From positions 2,272,001 to 2,336,000 of the forward strand of contig CBDCOH010000002.1 of NCBI GenBank assembly GCA_965219685.1: a stretch of 64,000 bases of DNA, in the 5' to 3' direction. Shown here piece by piece: positions 9,224 to 18,130 of the stretch. The stretch's first letter is position 1. Every line of letters begins with the position of its first letter. Source of the stretch: Candidatus Spongiisociaceae bacterium (lineage in GTDB: Bacteria; Actinomycetota; Acidimicrobiia; Spongiisociales; Spongiisociaceae). A model generated the notes under the pieces. The model was given only the letters and a program-made list of their open reading frames with translations, was not told the origin of the DNA and did not search any database. The translations under genes were made by a program, and so were the position numbers.

Positions 9224-10624
9224 TCAGGATACGAGGACCGAGCTGGACAGGGCGGCCGATTCGGCGCTCCTCACGAACGCCCCCACGGGACCGGCTGCCA
9301 CGTAGCGACCGTCCCGTACGATTACGCGGCCTCTCACCATCACGGCCGTGATGGCTCCCTGCAGCACGGTGCCCTCGTACGGGTTGTAGTCGCAGTTGGT
9401 GACCTGGGTCTCCAGTGAAAGGGTCGTGGTACCCGAAGGGTCGAAGACCACCAGGTCGGCGTCGGATCCGGGCGCGATCTCCCCCTTCCGGGGGTAGAGG
9501 CCGAACAGCTTCGCCGCGTTGGTGGAGGTGACCTCGACGAACCTGTTGAGCGAGATACGGCCCCCGGCGACCCCGTGGTGGTAGAGGAGGCCGACCCGCC
9601 ACTCGATGCCGGGAAGACCGTTGGGTATCTTGCTGAAGTCGTCCCTCCCCACCAGGCGCTGCTCGAAGAAGAAGGGGGCGTGGTCGGTTCCCACCGCCTG
9701 AAGGTCCCCTACCCTCAGGCCGTTCCACAGCGGATCGTGATGGTCCGACGAGCGGAGCGGCGGGGAGCAGACATAGTTGGCGCCCTGGAAGTCGGGCTCG
9801 GCGAGCTTCTCGTCGGTCAGCAGCAGGTAGTGGGGACAGGTCTCCGCATAGGCGCGCACGCCCCGGTCGCGCGCCTCGGCCATGGCCTGCACCGAACCGG
9901 CCGAGGACATGTGCACGACGTACAGAGGTACGCCGGCCATCTCGGCGAGCGCGATCCCCCGCCTGGTCGCCTCGTCCTCGGCGAGGGAAGGCCGGGTACG
10001 GGCATGGAACATCGGATCGGTGTCGCCCCTGGCCAGCGAGTCCTCGACCAGGGCATCGATGGCGTAGCCGTTCTCGCAGTGCAGCATGATGAACCCGCCG
10101 TTCTCCGCGCTGTACCGCATCGCCTTGAAGATGGCGCCGTCGTCGAGCATCCAGGCGTTGGGGTAGGCCATGAACAGCTTGAAGCTGGTGACACCCTCGT
10201 CGACCAGACCGTCGAGGGCGGGAAGCATGCGGTCGGGCAGGTCGGTGAGGATCTGGTGGAACGCGTAGTCCACGGCCGCTTTCCCCTCGGCCATCTCATG
10301 CCAGCGCATGAGCGAGGCGCGCGGGTCGGAGCCCTTCTCCTGGATCGCGAAGTCGACGATGGTCGTGGTGCCGCCCACCGCCGCTGCCCTCGTCCCCGTG
10401 TCGAAGTCATCGGATATCACCGTGCCCGCCACCGGGGTGTCGAGATGGGTGTGGGGATCGATCCCTCCCGGGAACACCAGATGGCCCGAGGCGTCGATGG
10501 TCTCGTCGGCCTCCGTACCCTCGAAGGACCCGATAGCGCGGATCCGCCCACCCTCGATGAGGATATCCGCCACGTAGTCCTGGGTGGCCGTGACGATACG
10601 GCCTGCCTCGACCAGTACAGTCAA
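9224..10624 (-). CDS. hydA: Dihydropyrimidinase/D-hydantoinase
   Basis: PGGIDPHTH, GGTTTIVDF, SFKLFMAY, HCENG, AETCPHYL, GTDHAPF. Confidence 0.93.
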   Translation of the reverse strand: MTVLVEAGRIVTATQDYVADILIEGGRIRAIGSFEGTEADETIDASGHLVFPGGIDPHTHLDTPVAGTVISDDFDTGTRAAAVGGTTTIVDFAIQEKGSDPRASLMRWHEMAEGKAAVDYAFHQILTDLPDRMLPALDGLVDEGVTSFKLFMAYPNAWMLDDGAIFKAMRYSAENGGFIMLHCENGYAIDALVEDSLARGDTDPMFHARTRPSLAEDEATRRGIALAEMAGVPLYVVHMSSAGSVQAMAEARDRGVRAYAETCPHYLLLTDEKLAEPDFQGANYVCSPPLRSSDHHDPLWNGLRVGDLQAVGTDHAPFFFEQRLVGRDDFSKIPNGLPGIEWRVGLLYHHGVAGGRISLNRFVEVTSTNAAKLFGLYPRKGEIAPGSDADLVVFDPSGTTTLSLETQVTNCDYNPYEGTVLQGAITAVMVRGRVIVRDGRYVAAGPVGAFVRSAESAALSSSVLVS

Positions 10625-10636
10625 CTCCGGTCCTCT

Positions 10637-10990
10637 CTACGCCCTCGCAATGGCAGGAACGAGCCGGCCATGAAGCGGGTCCACCGCCAAGCACAGTCCT
10701 TCCAACGTGTAAGCGCCGAGGAGAGGATCGGTGTCCTCCTCGCCGAACACCACGAGAGTCACCTCGGTGCGCCCGCCGATGGAAGCCATAGCGCGCCCCA
10801 TGTCATACTCGACAAGGCGCCCGTCCGCCAGTTCGAGTGTCACCTTCTGGGCAGGCGACACTCCTAACCCATACAACAGGTCGGCGGGCACCATCGTGAA
10901 GGAGGCGCCGGTGTCTACCAGCGCCTCGATCTCCAGGGACCGCTCACCATCCATGCTGCTGAGCCGTACAGGCCGACTGAATACTCCCAT
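10637..10990 (-). CDS. Clan AA (retropepsin-like) aspartic protease
   Basis: ALVDTGA...LADG...PLLGAYTLEGL. Confidence 0.85.
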   Translation of the reverse strand: MGVFSRPVRLSSMDGERSLEIEALVDTGASFTMVPADLLYGLGVSPAQKVTLELADGRLVEYDMGRAMASIGGRTEVTLVVFGEEDTDPLLGAYTLEGLCLAVDPLHGRLVPAIARA

Positions 10991-11079
10991 CTCTCTTCAT
11001 CTCCCGATCTGGTCTTCTACTTGGTATCACCGCCTCGTTATGCCACAAGGCACGACGGGTTTCAATACCCTTGCAGAAG

Positions 11080-11119
11080 GCCACTAGCCACTAGCCACCA
11101 GCCATAAGCGAAGCCACTA
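11080..11119 (-). repeat. Degenerate heptamer array (GCCACTA)
   Basis: GCCACTA x2, GCCACCA, GCCATAA, then GCCACTA containing the large-subunit stop. Confidence 0.7.
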
Positions 11120-13492
11120 GCCGCCAGCCCGGTCGATCAGCGTCCACAACCGGCTCGGTGTGACCGGCGTCTGGTCCACCTCGACGCCGAGATGGGAGAG
11201 TGCGTCGGTCACCGCGTTGGCCAGCGCCGCACCCGACGGGAAGCACCCTGCCTCCCCCATCCCCTTGAATCCGCCCTCGGTGTGAGGCGACGGCGTTACC
11301 AGGTGATGTATCTCGAAGTCCGGCAGATCGGTGAACGACGGCAGCAGGTAGTCCATCAGGGTCGAGGACAGGAGCTGTCCCGTCTCGTCGTCGTAGACGA
11401 ACTCCTCGAGCATCGCCCCACCTAGGCCCTGGGCGAGAGCGCCGTGGATCTGGCCCTCGACCAGCAGCGGGTTGATGATCGTCCCGCAGTCGTCCACCAC
11501 CACGTACTTCACCCAGTCGATCTTCCCCGTGTCCGCGTCGACGTCCACCACCGCCACATGCGTGCCGAAGGCGGTGGTGAAGTTCGCCGGGTCGTAGACG
11601 TAGCTCGCCTCCAGGCCCGGCTGGTCGCCTTCCGGGATATGGTGGGCCCAGTAGGCCTGCTGGGCGACCTCCGCCAGGGTGAGGGACCGCATCTCCTCGG
11701 CGCCCTTGACCGATATCCGGCCGTCGCTGTAGGCGACATCCTCCGGATCGGCCTCGAGGAGCCCGGCTCCAAGGCGCACCGCCTTGGCCTTTATCTCCTC
11801 GATGGCCTTGATCACGGCCACGGCAGCCACGTTCGAGCGGCTCCCGGCCGAACCGAAGCCCGTGTAGGGAGTCTGGTCCGTGTCTCCCCAGACGACCCTC
11901 ACGTTGGAGATGTCGATTTCCAACTGGTCCGCCGCCACCTGGGCCAGGGTCGTCTCGGTGCCCTGTCCCATGGGAATCATCCCCGTGTAGAGGGTTGCCC
12001 TGCCGTGGGGATCGATCTTGACCGTGGAGCCCTCGTAACCACCGGTGTAGTAGTCGAGGAACCCGAGGATGGCCGACGGCCCGAATCCGGAAACATGTAT
12101 GTAGGAGGCGATCCCGATCCCGCGGAGCACGCCCTGGTCGCGGAGGTCCTGCTGGGACTCCCGCAGACCGTCGTAGTCGACTGCTTCGAGGGCCTTCTCC
12201 AGCGCCTCCGGGTAGCTACCGCTGTCGTACACGGCGCCGGCCGGACTGAAGTACGGGAACTCGTCCGCCCCGATCATGTTCCGGCGCCGGAGTTCGGCGG
12301 GGTCGATCCCGAGTTGGCGGGCGGTCTTGTCCATCATCCGCTCGATGCCGAAGATCCCCTCGGGGCCTCCGAAGCCGCGGAAGGTGCTGTTGGGCGTCTT
12401 GTTGGTGGCGACGCCCACCACGTCACAGTGGTAGTTGGCGAACTTGTACTGGTTGATGGCCGCGGCGCCGGTCACCCAAGCAGGTCCGATACCGACGCTG
12501 TGCAGGTGAGCGCCCTGATCGCTGAGCACCCGTCCCTTCACGCCGAGGATCGTCCCGTCGGCCTTGGCGGCTACCTGCCACTCCTGGAGTTGCTCCCGCC
12601 CGTGGACGGTGGCCTGTAGGGCTTCCCGGCGGTCCTCGATCCACTTGACCGGCCGGCCGAGCTTCATCGAAGCAAGAGAAACGAGTATATCCTCGGGATA
12701 CCGGTCCCACTTGTTGCCGAAGGCGCCACCGATGTTGGGCGTGAGGATCCTGACCGAAGTCTCCGGGATGCCGAGGGCCGCTGCGAGCTCCGTGCGGAGC
12801 AGGCTGGCCACCTGGCTCTCCGAGTGGAGGGTCAGGGTCTGGCGGAGGTCGTCCCATTCGGCTACCAACCCCCTGGTCTCCAGTGGGACCCCGGAGTAGC
12901 GGCCTACCTTGAGGCGTCCGGACACGATCTCGTCGGCCTCGGCGAAGGCGCCCTCGACGTCACCGGCCACCCCCAGGGCGTTGATCCCGGGGAAGGTGTA
13001 CTCGATGATCGTGTTGTCACCCATGTCCTCGTTTATGACCGGTGCGCCGTCGGCCAGGGCGGCCTCGACGTCCACAACATGGTCGAGCACGTCGTAGTCC
13101 ACGTCGATCAGGTCGAGCGCGTCCTCGGCGATGTATCGGGAGTCCGCAACCACCGCCGCCACCGGCTCCCCTACGTAGCGGGCCTTGCCGGGCGCCAGGG
13201 CGGGAGTGTTGGACTCCTTCTGCCCGGGCAGGCGCCAGATGGTCGGGAACGCCCCGATCCCTTCGAGGCTGTCAGCGGTCAGGACGCAATGGACACCGTC
13301 GAGCGCCTCCGCCGCCGAGGTGTCGATCTCGGCTATCCGGGCGTGGGCGAACGGACTGCGGAGGACGGCCATGTGAAGGGTTCCGGCCGGCTCGATGTCG
13401 GCGATGAAACGGCCCCGGCCTCGGATCAGCGGAGCGTCCTCCCGGCGCGGCGCCGAAACTCCGATCCAGCGAGTCTCCTGCGTAGTGGTCAT
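11117..13492 (-). CDS. Xanthine dehydrogenase-family molybdopterin-binding large subunit (CoxL-like, not CODH)
   Basis: LRSPFAHA, IGGAFGNK, TFRGFGGP, MGQGTET, EGQIHG, KGMGEAG. Confidence 0.9.
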   Translation of the reverse strand: MTTTQETRWIGVSAPRREDAPLIRGRGRFIADIEPAGTLHMAVLRSPFAHARIAEIDTSAAEALDGVHCVLTADSLEGIGAFPTIWRLPGQKESNTPALAPGKARYVGEPVAAVVADSRYIAEDALDLIDVDYDVLDHVVDVEAALADGAPVINEDMGDNTIIEYTFPGINALGVAGDVEGAFAEADEIVSGRLKVGRYSGVPLETRGLVAEWDDLRQTLTLHSESQVASLLRTELAAALGIPETSVRILTPNIGGAFGNKWDRYPEDILVSLASMKLGRPVKWIEDRREALQATVHGREQLQEWQVAAKADGTILGVKGRVLSDQGAHLHSVGIGPAWVTGAAAINQYKFANYHCDVVGVATNKTPNSTFRGFGGPEGIFGIERMMDKTARQLGIDPAELRRRNMIGADEFPYFSPAGAVYDSGSYPEALEKALEAVDYDGLRESQQDLRDQGVLRGIGIASYIHVSGFGPSAILGFLDYYTGGYEGSTVKIDPHGRATLYTGMIPMGQGTETTLAQVAADQLEIDISNVRVVWGDTDQTPYTGFGSAGSRSNVAAVAVIKAIEEIKAKAVRLGAGLLEADPEDVAYSDGRISVKGAEEMRSLTLAEVAQQAYWAHHIPEGDQPGLEASYVYDPANFTTAFGTHVAVVDVDADTGKIDWVKYVVVDDCGTIINPLLVEGQIHGALAQGLGGAMLEEFVYDDETGQLLSSTLMDYLLPSFTDLPDFEIHHLVTPSPHTEGGFKGMGEAGCFPSGAALANAVTDALSHLGVEVDQTPVTPSRLWTLIDRAGG

Positions 13493-13980
13493 GCGCCACC
13501 CCCTTCGTTGGACATCTCAGCAGCGGCAGCCTGGACCGACTCGACGATCTTCTGGTAGCCGGTGCACCGGCAGATGTTGCCGCCCATCTCCTCTCGTATC
13601 TCCTGCGGGCTGGGGTCCGGGTTCCTCGACAGCACGTCGATCCCGGCCAGGATCATCCCCGGAGTGCAGAAACCGCACTGCAGACCGTGGTACTCGGAGA
13701 AGGCCGTCTGCATCGGATGGAGGCCGTCTGCCGAGCCGATCCCCTCGATCGTGGTGATCTGGGATCCCTCGGCCTGCACGGCGAAGAGGAGACAGGACCG
13801 GACCACTTCGCCGTCGAGCAGGATGGTGCATGCCCCACACACCCCGTGCTCGCAACCGAGATGGGTACCGGTGAGTCCCAGATCCTCCCGGATCGTGTCG
13901 GCGAGGGTCTTGCGCGGCTCTACCGAGACCGCCCTGCTCGCACCGTTGACGTCGAGTACGACGCTCGTCGTTTCAGCCAT
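13489..13980 (-). CDS. (2Fe-2S) small subunit (CoxS-like)
   Basis: GCEHGVCGAC, QCGFCTPG, GNICRCTGY. Confidence 0.93.
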   Translation of the reverse strand: MAETTSVVLDVNGASRAVSVEPRKTLADTIREDLGLTGTHLGCEHGVCGACTILLDGEVVRSCLLFAVQAEGSQITTIEGIGSADGLHPMQTAFSEYHGLQCGFCTPGMILAGIDVLSRNPDPSPQEIREEMGGNICRCTGYQKIVESVQAAAAEMSNEGGGA

Positions 13981-14845
13981 TTCCGCCTCCTGCATTCCCG
14001 GCCGCCTCTGCGAGGGCTCGCACCGTCAGTACGTTGACCAGGTGACTCCTGTACTCGGCCGTTCCGTGCACATCCGATGTGGTCGGGAAGTCCCCGGCAG
14101 CAGCCGCTCCGGCCGCCGCGAACGCTCCATCGCCTGCCTCGGCGCCTACCAGAGCGGCTTCCGCCGCGGGGAGGCGCGTGGCATGGGTCCCACCGAACGC
14201 CCCCAGGGCCGCATGCGTGATGGTCGACCCGTCGGTGGAGATCACCGCCGCCACACCGGCCAGCGCGAAGTCGCCGTGACGGCGAGCGAACTCCTGGAAT
14301 CCGAAGCCGCTCGACGCTGGCGCCGGCGGTATGCGGATCTCGGTCAGCAGTTCGGTGTCGCCCAGGGTCGTGTCGAACAGGCGGTCCTCGATCAGGTCCT
14401 GCATCCCCACGACCCGCTCGCCGCCGGCTGACTGCGCCGTCACCTCTGCGTCGAGGGCCATCAGCAGAGCCGGGAGCTCCGCCGCCGGGTCGTTGTGGGC
14501 CAGCGAGCCGCCGACCGTCCCGCGGTTGCGGATCGCCCGGTGCCCGATGAACGAGACTGCTTTGGTGATCACGGGATGGGCGCCCGCCACCTCGGCCGAC
14601 TCGCCCACCGCCGTCAGCCGGGTCATAGCACCGATCCTCAGCGATCCGTTGGCCGAGATGTACGAGAGCGAGTCGATCCCGTTTATGTCGACGAGGTGGG
14701 CAGGCCTGGCCAATCTGAAGTTGAGCATCGGGACGAGGCTCTGGCCGCCGGCGAGGATCTTGGCCTCCGATCCATGCTCAGCCAGAACATCTAGGGCCTC
14801 GGCAAGGCTCTCCGGCGCCGAGTAGGCAAATACCGCGGGTTTCAC
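13973..14845 (-). CDS. FAD-binding medium subunit (CoxM-like)
   Basis: AGGQSLVP, IRNRGTVGGS, ARRHGDFA. Confidence 0.93.
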   Translation of the reverse strand: MKPAVFAYSAPESLAEALDVLAEHGSEAKILAGGQSLVPMLNFRLARPAHLVDINGIDSLSYISANGSLRIGAMTRLTAVGESAEVAGAHPVITKAVSFIGHRAIRNRGTVGGSLAHNDPAAELPALLMALDAEVTAQSAGGERVVGMQDLIEDRLFDTTLGDTELLTEIRIPPAPASSGFGFQEFARRHGDFALAGVAAVISTDGSTITHAALGAFGGTHATRLPAAEAALVGAEAGDGAFAAAGAAAAGDFPTTSDVHGTAEYRSHLVNVLTVRALAEAAGNAGGGNG

Positions 14846-15322
14846 TGGTCGATCACCTCCTGCACGGCGGTGTCCGACCGCGGACTCATGGCATCCCGCC
14901 GCCCACCGATACTAGACACCTGCCTGTTCGCTCGGGTGATGAGCCGGCGACTGGAGACAGTAGACACCCGTTGGACACCGCATGAGGAGCATCCCCGTCC
15001 GGGCAGACTCTGACCATCTCTTTTCGAGACCTGGGCGTTCAATTCCTGGTCTTTAGTTGGTAGTTGTTTGTCGGAGATCGATGGTGGGCATCAGATCGCA
15101 TCGGTTTCCGCTTTGGAAGGGGTTGTCCGAGTTCACGCGGCGCTGAGAGGGGTACCTCGCCGACCGAAAAGATCGGGGACCCCTCGGAAACAGAGCAGCC
15201 ATACTCGGGTTACGGCTGTCTTGGCATCGTTGTGTAGCGGTGATTCAGTGCGATTCGCTTCGGTCGGATGGCTCGGGACTACTCGTCTAGAGTCCCCACT
15301 AGGACGGAATCACGGAAACAGC

Positions 15323-16780
15323 ATGACCCCAACGCTGAGAGATCAATCCACTCCTGACGGACTGCTCGTGGTGGTCAAGGAGGACTGCGAGACCTGCCAT
15401 CTCGTGTTACCGGTCCTCGACGAATTGGCGGCGTCCCGCCGGAGCCTCACGCTGGTTTCCCAGGATCGACCGGACTTCCCGCCGGGCTTCGGAGTGATCC
15501 ACGACCGTGATCTGGACATTTCATGGTCGCTCGGAACCGAGACCACCCCCACGGTGTACCGGATCGAACAGGGGGAGGTGGTCGACCAGGAGGCAGGGTG
15601 GCTGAGGTCCGGATGGGAGAGGGTCACCGGCATCCCGGATCTGGCGCCCGGCCTTCCCGACCAGCGGCCGGGATGCGGTTCGGACACCCAGTTGCCCGAA
15701 GTCCGCCAGAGACTCCTCGCCCGGCACTCAGCACACCTGCTTTCCTCCCGCCGGGTGGAATTGGGCGACTCCGAGGACCCCATCGAAGCTGCCTTCGCGC
15801 GCGGATGGACGGACGGGTTGCCGGTCGTACCTCCCACCGAGGAACGCGTGGCCAGGATGCTGGAGGGAACCGGTCGCGCCCCCGACGAGGTGATTTGCAT
15901 CCTCCCGCCGGACCTGGCGGAATGCACCGTGGAGAAGGTGGCGGTCAACGCGGTGATGGCCGGCTGCCTGCCCGAGTATCTGCCGGTGGTCCTGGCGGCG
16001 GTCGAGACAGCGGCCGGGCGCCGGTTCAACATCCACGGTATTTCCGCAACGACCTACTTCACGGGTCCGGTCCTCGTCGTGAACGGCCCGATCAGGGAAC
16101 GGATCGGCATGAACTCGGGCATCAACGTCCTGGGCCAGGGCAACCGGGCGAACTCGACCATCGGGCGGGCCTTCAACCTGGTGGTGCGCAACGTCGGGGG
16201 CGCCCTCCCCGGCGGGGTGGACCAGGCCACGCTGGGAAGCCCCGGCAAACTCTCCTTCTGCTTCCCAGAAGACGAGGAGGGATCACCCTGGGAGTCCCTG
16301 GCCGTGGAGCGGGGCTTCACCAGCGAGGACTCCACCGTCACCCTTTTCGCGGGTCACGGGCCGATCGAGATCATCGACCAGAAGGCTCGCGATCCGGAGT
16401 CGCTTGCCGGAACGTACGCGTTGCAACTCCGCATGATCGGCCACCCCAAGCTGGCCCGCATGGCGGCTGCGATCGTGGTGGTCTCCCCCGAGCACGCCGG
16501 GATATTCCACCGAGCCGGATGGTCGAAGGCCCGCCTGCGGGAGGAGGTCTCGTCGCTTCTCACCATCCCCGCGGACTCGATGGTGGCCGGAGCCGGCGGG
16601 GTCGCCGAGGGTATTCCTCCCTCGGTGGCCGCCAAGACGCGGACAGTGTCGAAGTTTGCCCCCGATAGCCTGTGGTTCGTCCATGCCGGGGGCGACGCCG
16701 GGATGTTCTCGGCGATAATCTCGGGATGGATCGGCGGAGCGGCCAGCTCGCAGATGACGACGACCCGAATCGAGACCTAG
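15323..16780 (+). CDS. Thioredoxin-like (CETC) domain fused to UGSC-associated domain of unknown function
   Basis: VKEDCETC; PGCGS; GWTDGLPVVPPT, NAVMAGC, GNRANSTIGRA; 21 nt upstream of the UGSC gene. Confidence 0.75.
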   Translation: MTPTLRDQSTPDGLLVVVKEDCETCHLVLPVLDELAASRRSLTLVSQDRPDFPPGFGVIHDRDLDISWSLGTETTPTVYRIEQGEVVDQEAGWLRSGWERVTGIPDLAPGLPDQRPGCGSDTQLPEVRQRLLARHSAHLLSSRRVELGDSEDPIEAAFARGWTDGLPVVPPTEERVARMLEGTGRAPDEVICILPPDLAECTVEKVAVNAVMAGCLPEYLPVVLAAVETAAGRRFNIHGISATTYFTGPVLVVNGPIRERIGMNSGINVLGQGNRANSTIGRAFNLVVRNVGGALPGGVDQATLGSPGKLSFCFPEDEEGSPWESLAVERGFTSEDSTVTLFAGHGPIEIIDQKARDPESLAGTYALQLRMIGHPKLARMAAAIVVVSPEHAGIFHRAGWSKARLREEVSSLLTIPADSMVAGAGGVAEGIPPSVAAKTRTVSKFAPDSLWFVHAGGDAGMFSAIISGWIGGAASSQMTTTRIET

Positions 16781-16801
16781 GCGACCACCGGAGAGGTACA
16801 G

Positions 16802-17320
16802 ATGACCATCTTGTTGGATCCGACCAGCGAACGAGCCGTGTCGGAGCGGCGACTGAGTCCTAGACTGCCCGACCTCGCCAACTCGACGATTGCCCTGCTG
16901 GACATCTCCAAACCCAGGGGGGATGTGTTCATCGGACGGTTGGAACAGTTGCTCGTGGAACGGGGAGCGATCCTCAGGCACTACCGCAAGCCCACCTTCT
17001 CGAAACCGGCGCCTCGCGACCTCCGCCGGCAGATCGCCGCCGAGTGCGGAGCCGTCATCGAAGCCCTCGCCGACTGAGGATCGTGCGCGTCGTGCAGTGT
17101 GCACGACATCGTCGACCTGGAGGACCGGGGCGTGCCGGGGGTGTTCGTGGCCTCCGACCGATTCGCCCAAGCAGCCGACGCCCAGGGCGAGTCCCTGGGG
17201 ATGCACCCGCACCGCGTCCTGACCTCTCACCCCATCCAGGACCGCACCGACGAGGAGATGCGAGCCCTGGCCGAGGCCGCCTTCCCAGACATTCTCGCCG
17301 CCCTTACGCCTGAGGATTAG
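16802..17320 (+). CDS. UGSC-family selenoprotein (Sec at TGA 17075-17077)
   Basis: ORFs 16802-17077 and 17099-17320 are in one frame; read-through gives ALAD-U-GSCASCSVHD; hairpin follows the TGA. Confidence 0.85.
17089..17107 (+). promoter_or_regulatory. Bacterial SECIS-like hairpin
   Basis: GTCGTGCA-GTG-TGCACGAC; G-containing loop 19 nt after the UGA. Confidence 0.7.
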
Positions 17321-17326
17321 TTGCTC

Positions 17327-17361
17327 GGTGTCAGGTGTCAGGTGTCAGGTGTCAGGTGTCA
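17327..17361 (+). repeat. Heptamer array (GGTGTCA)x5
   Basis: Read directly, 6 nt after the UGSC stop. Confidence 0.95.
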
Positions 17362-17462
17362 GGTTAGGTAATTTTCAGTGTTTAACGTCAACGTGGATAC
17401 TTTGTCGTTCTCAGTGGTGCTGGCCACGCCCTACCTCGACTACTCATCCGGCTAGACCGCGG

Positions 17463-18092
17463 TCACTCCGGTCCGAGGGCAAGGAGGTTCGTGGGGAGCT
17501 GCACCCGACCGGCTAGAGCCATCAACAGATCCTGGGCCCGTCCCGATTGCACCGCGATCTCGGTCGACAGGCCCAGCGCAATCGACAAGGCCGGCTCGGG
17601 CACCCGGACGAACCCGCCCACCGCCGCGGCGAGGTCGAGGGTATGCACCACCAACTCGAAAGTCCTAGTCGGCAGGTAATCGGCGAGGCGCATCTCGCCC
17701 ACCGGCGTACCAACCGGGTGATCGTCGGGCAGCGCATCCACGAAGCGGCACACACCATCCACGATTCCGGCCACAGCGGAGGGCGGATCGTCGCCCAGCG
17801 CGGCGGCCGCGTCCGTGCCGCGTTCGGCGATGGCGTCGTGGATGCTCCCGTCCCTCAACACCTCGCGGAAGTACTCCGCCGGCCCTACCAGCCGATCCGG
17901 GGCGCCGTCGCCACCGTCCGCGTTGTTCTGCACGGTGAGGAGAGCGCGGCAGGTGTGGCCTACCAACTCACGGACGCTCCACACCCCCAGCCCCGGACCG
18001 TCCAGCGCATCCGGCGGCACCCGGCGCACCGTATCGACGAAGACGGCCCCGGCCTCGCGGAAGGCTCTTCGATTCTGATCGATTTCCAACAT
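17463..18092 (-). CDS. MDMPI (mycothiol-dependent maleylpyruvate isomerase N-terminal/DinB-like) protein
   Basis: PGLGVWSVRELVGH...TRTFELVVHTLDL. Confidence 0.8.
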   Translation of the reverse strand: MLEIDQNRRAFREAGAVFVDTVRRVPPDALDGPGLGVWSVRELVGHTCRALLTVQNNADGGDGAPDRLVGPAEYFREVLRDGSIHDAIAERGTDAAAALGDDPPSAVAGIVDGVCRFVDALPDDHPVGTPVGEMRLADYLPTRTFELVVHTLDLAAAVGGFVRVPEPALSIALGLSTEIAVQSGRAQDLLMALAGRVQLPTNLLALGPE

Positions 18093-18130
18093 GGAACCCC
18101 TCCGACGCCATCATAATCGGGGCGTACCGG

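Noticed and set aside
11117-14845. Aerobic CO dehydrogenase (coxMSL)
   Set aside because: Active-site loop is TFRGFGG, not AYxCSFR (form I) or AYxGAGR (form II); context is amidohydrolase genes.
14914-14980. WhiA/WhiB GACAC sites upstream of the coxM-like gene
   Set aside because: The 5-bp motif is too short to support; three copies could be a local operator or chance.
15068-15322. 5' extension of the thioredoxin-fusion ORF
   Set aside because: Low-plausibility sequence; ATG 15323 sits just before the thioredoxin-like domain.
17366-17393. Chromosomal dif site
   Set aside because: Only a loose XerD-arm resemblance; no XerC arm at 6-bp spacing, and similar words occur at several loci.
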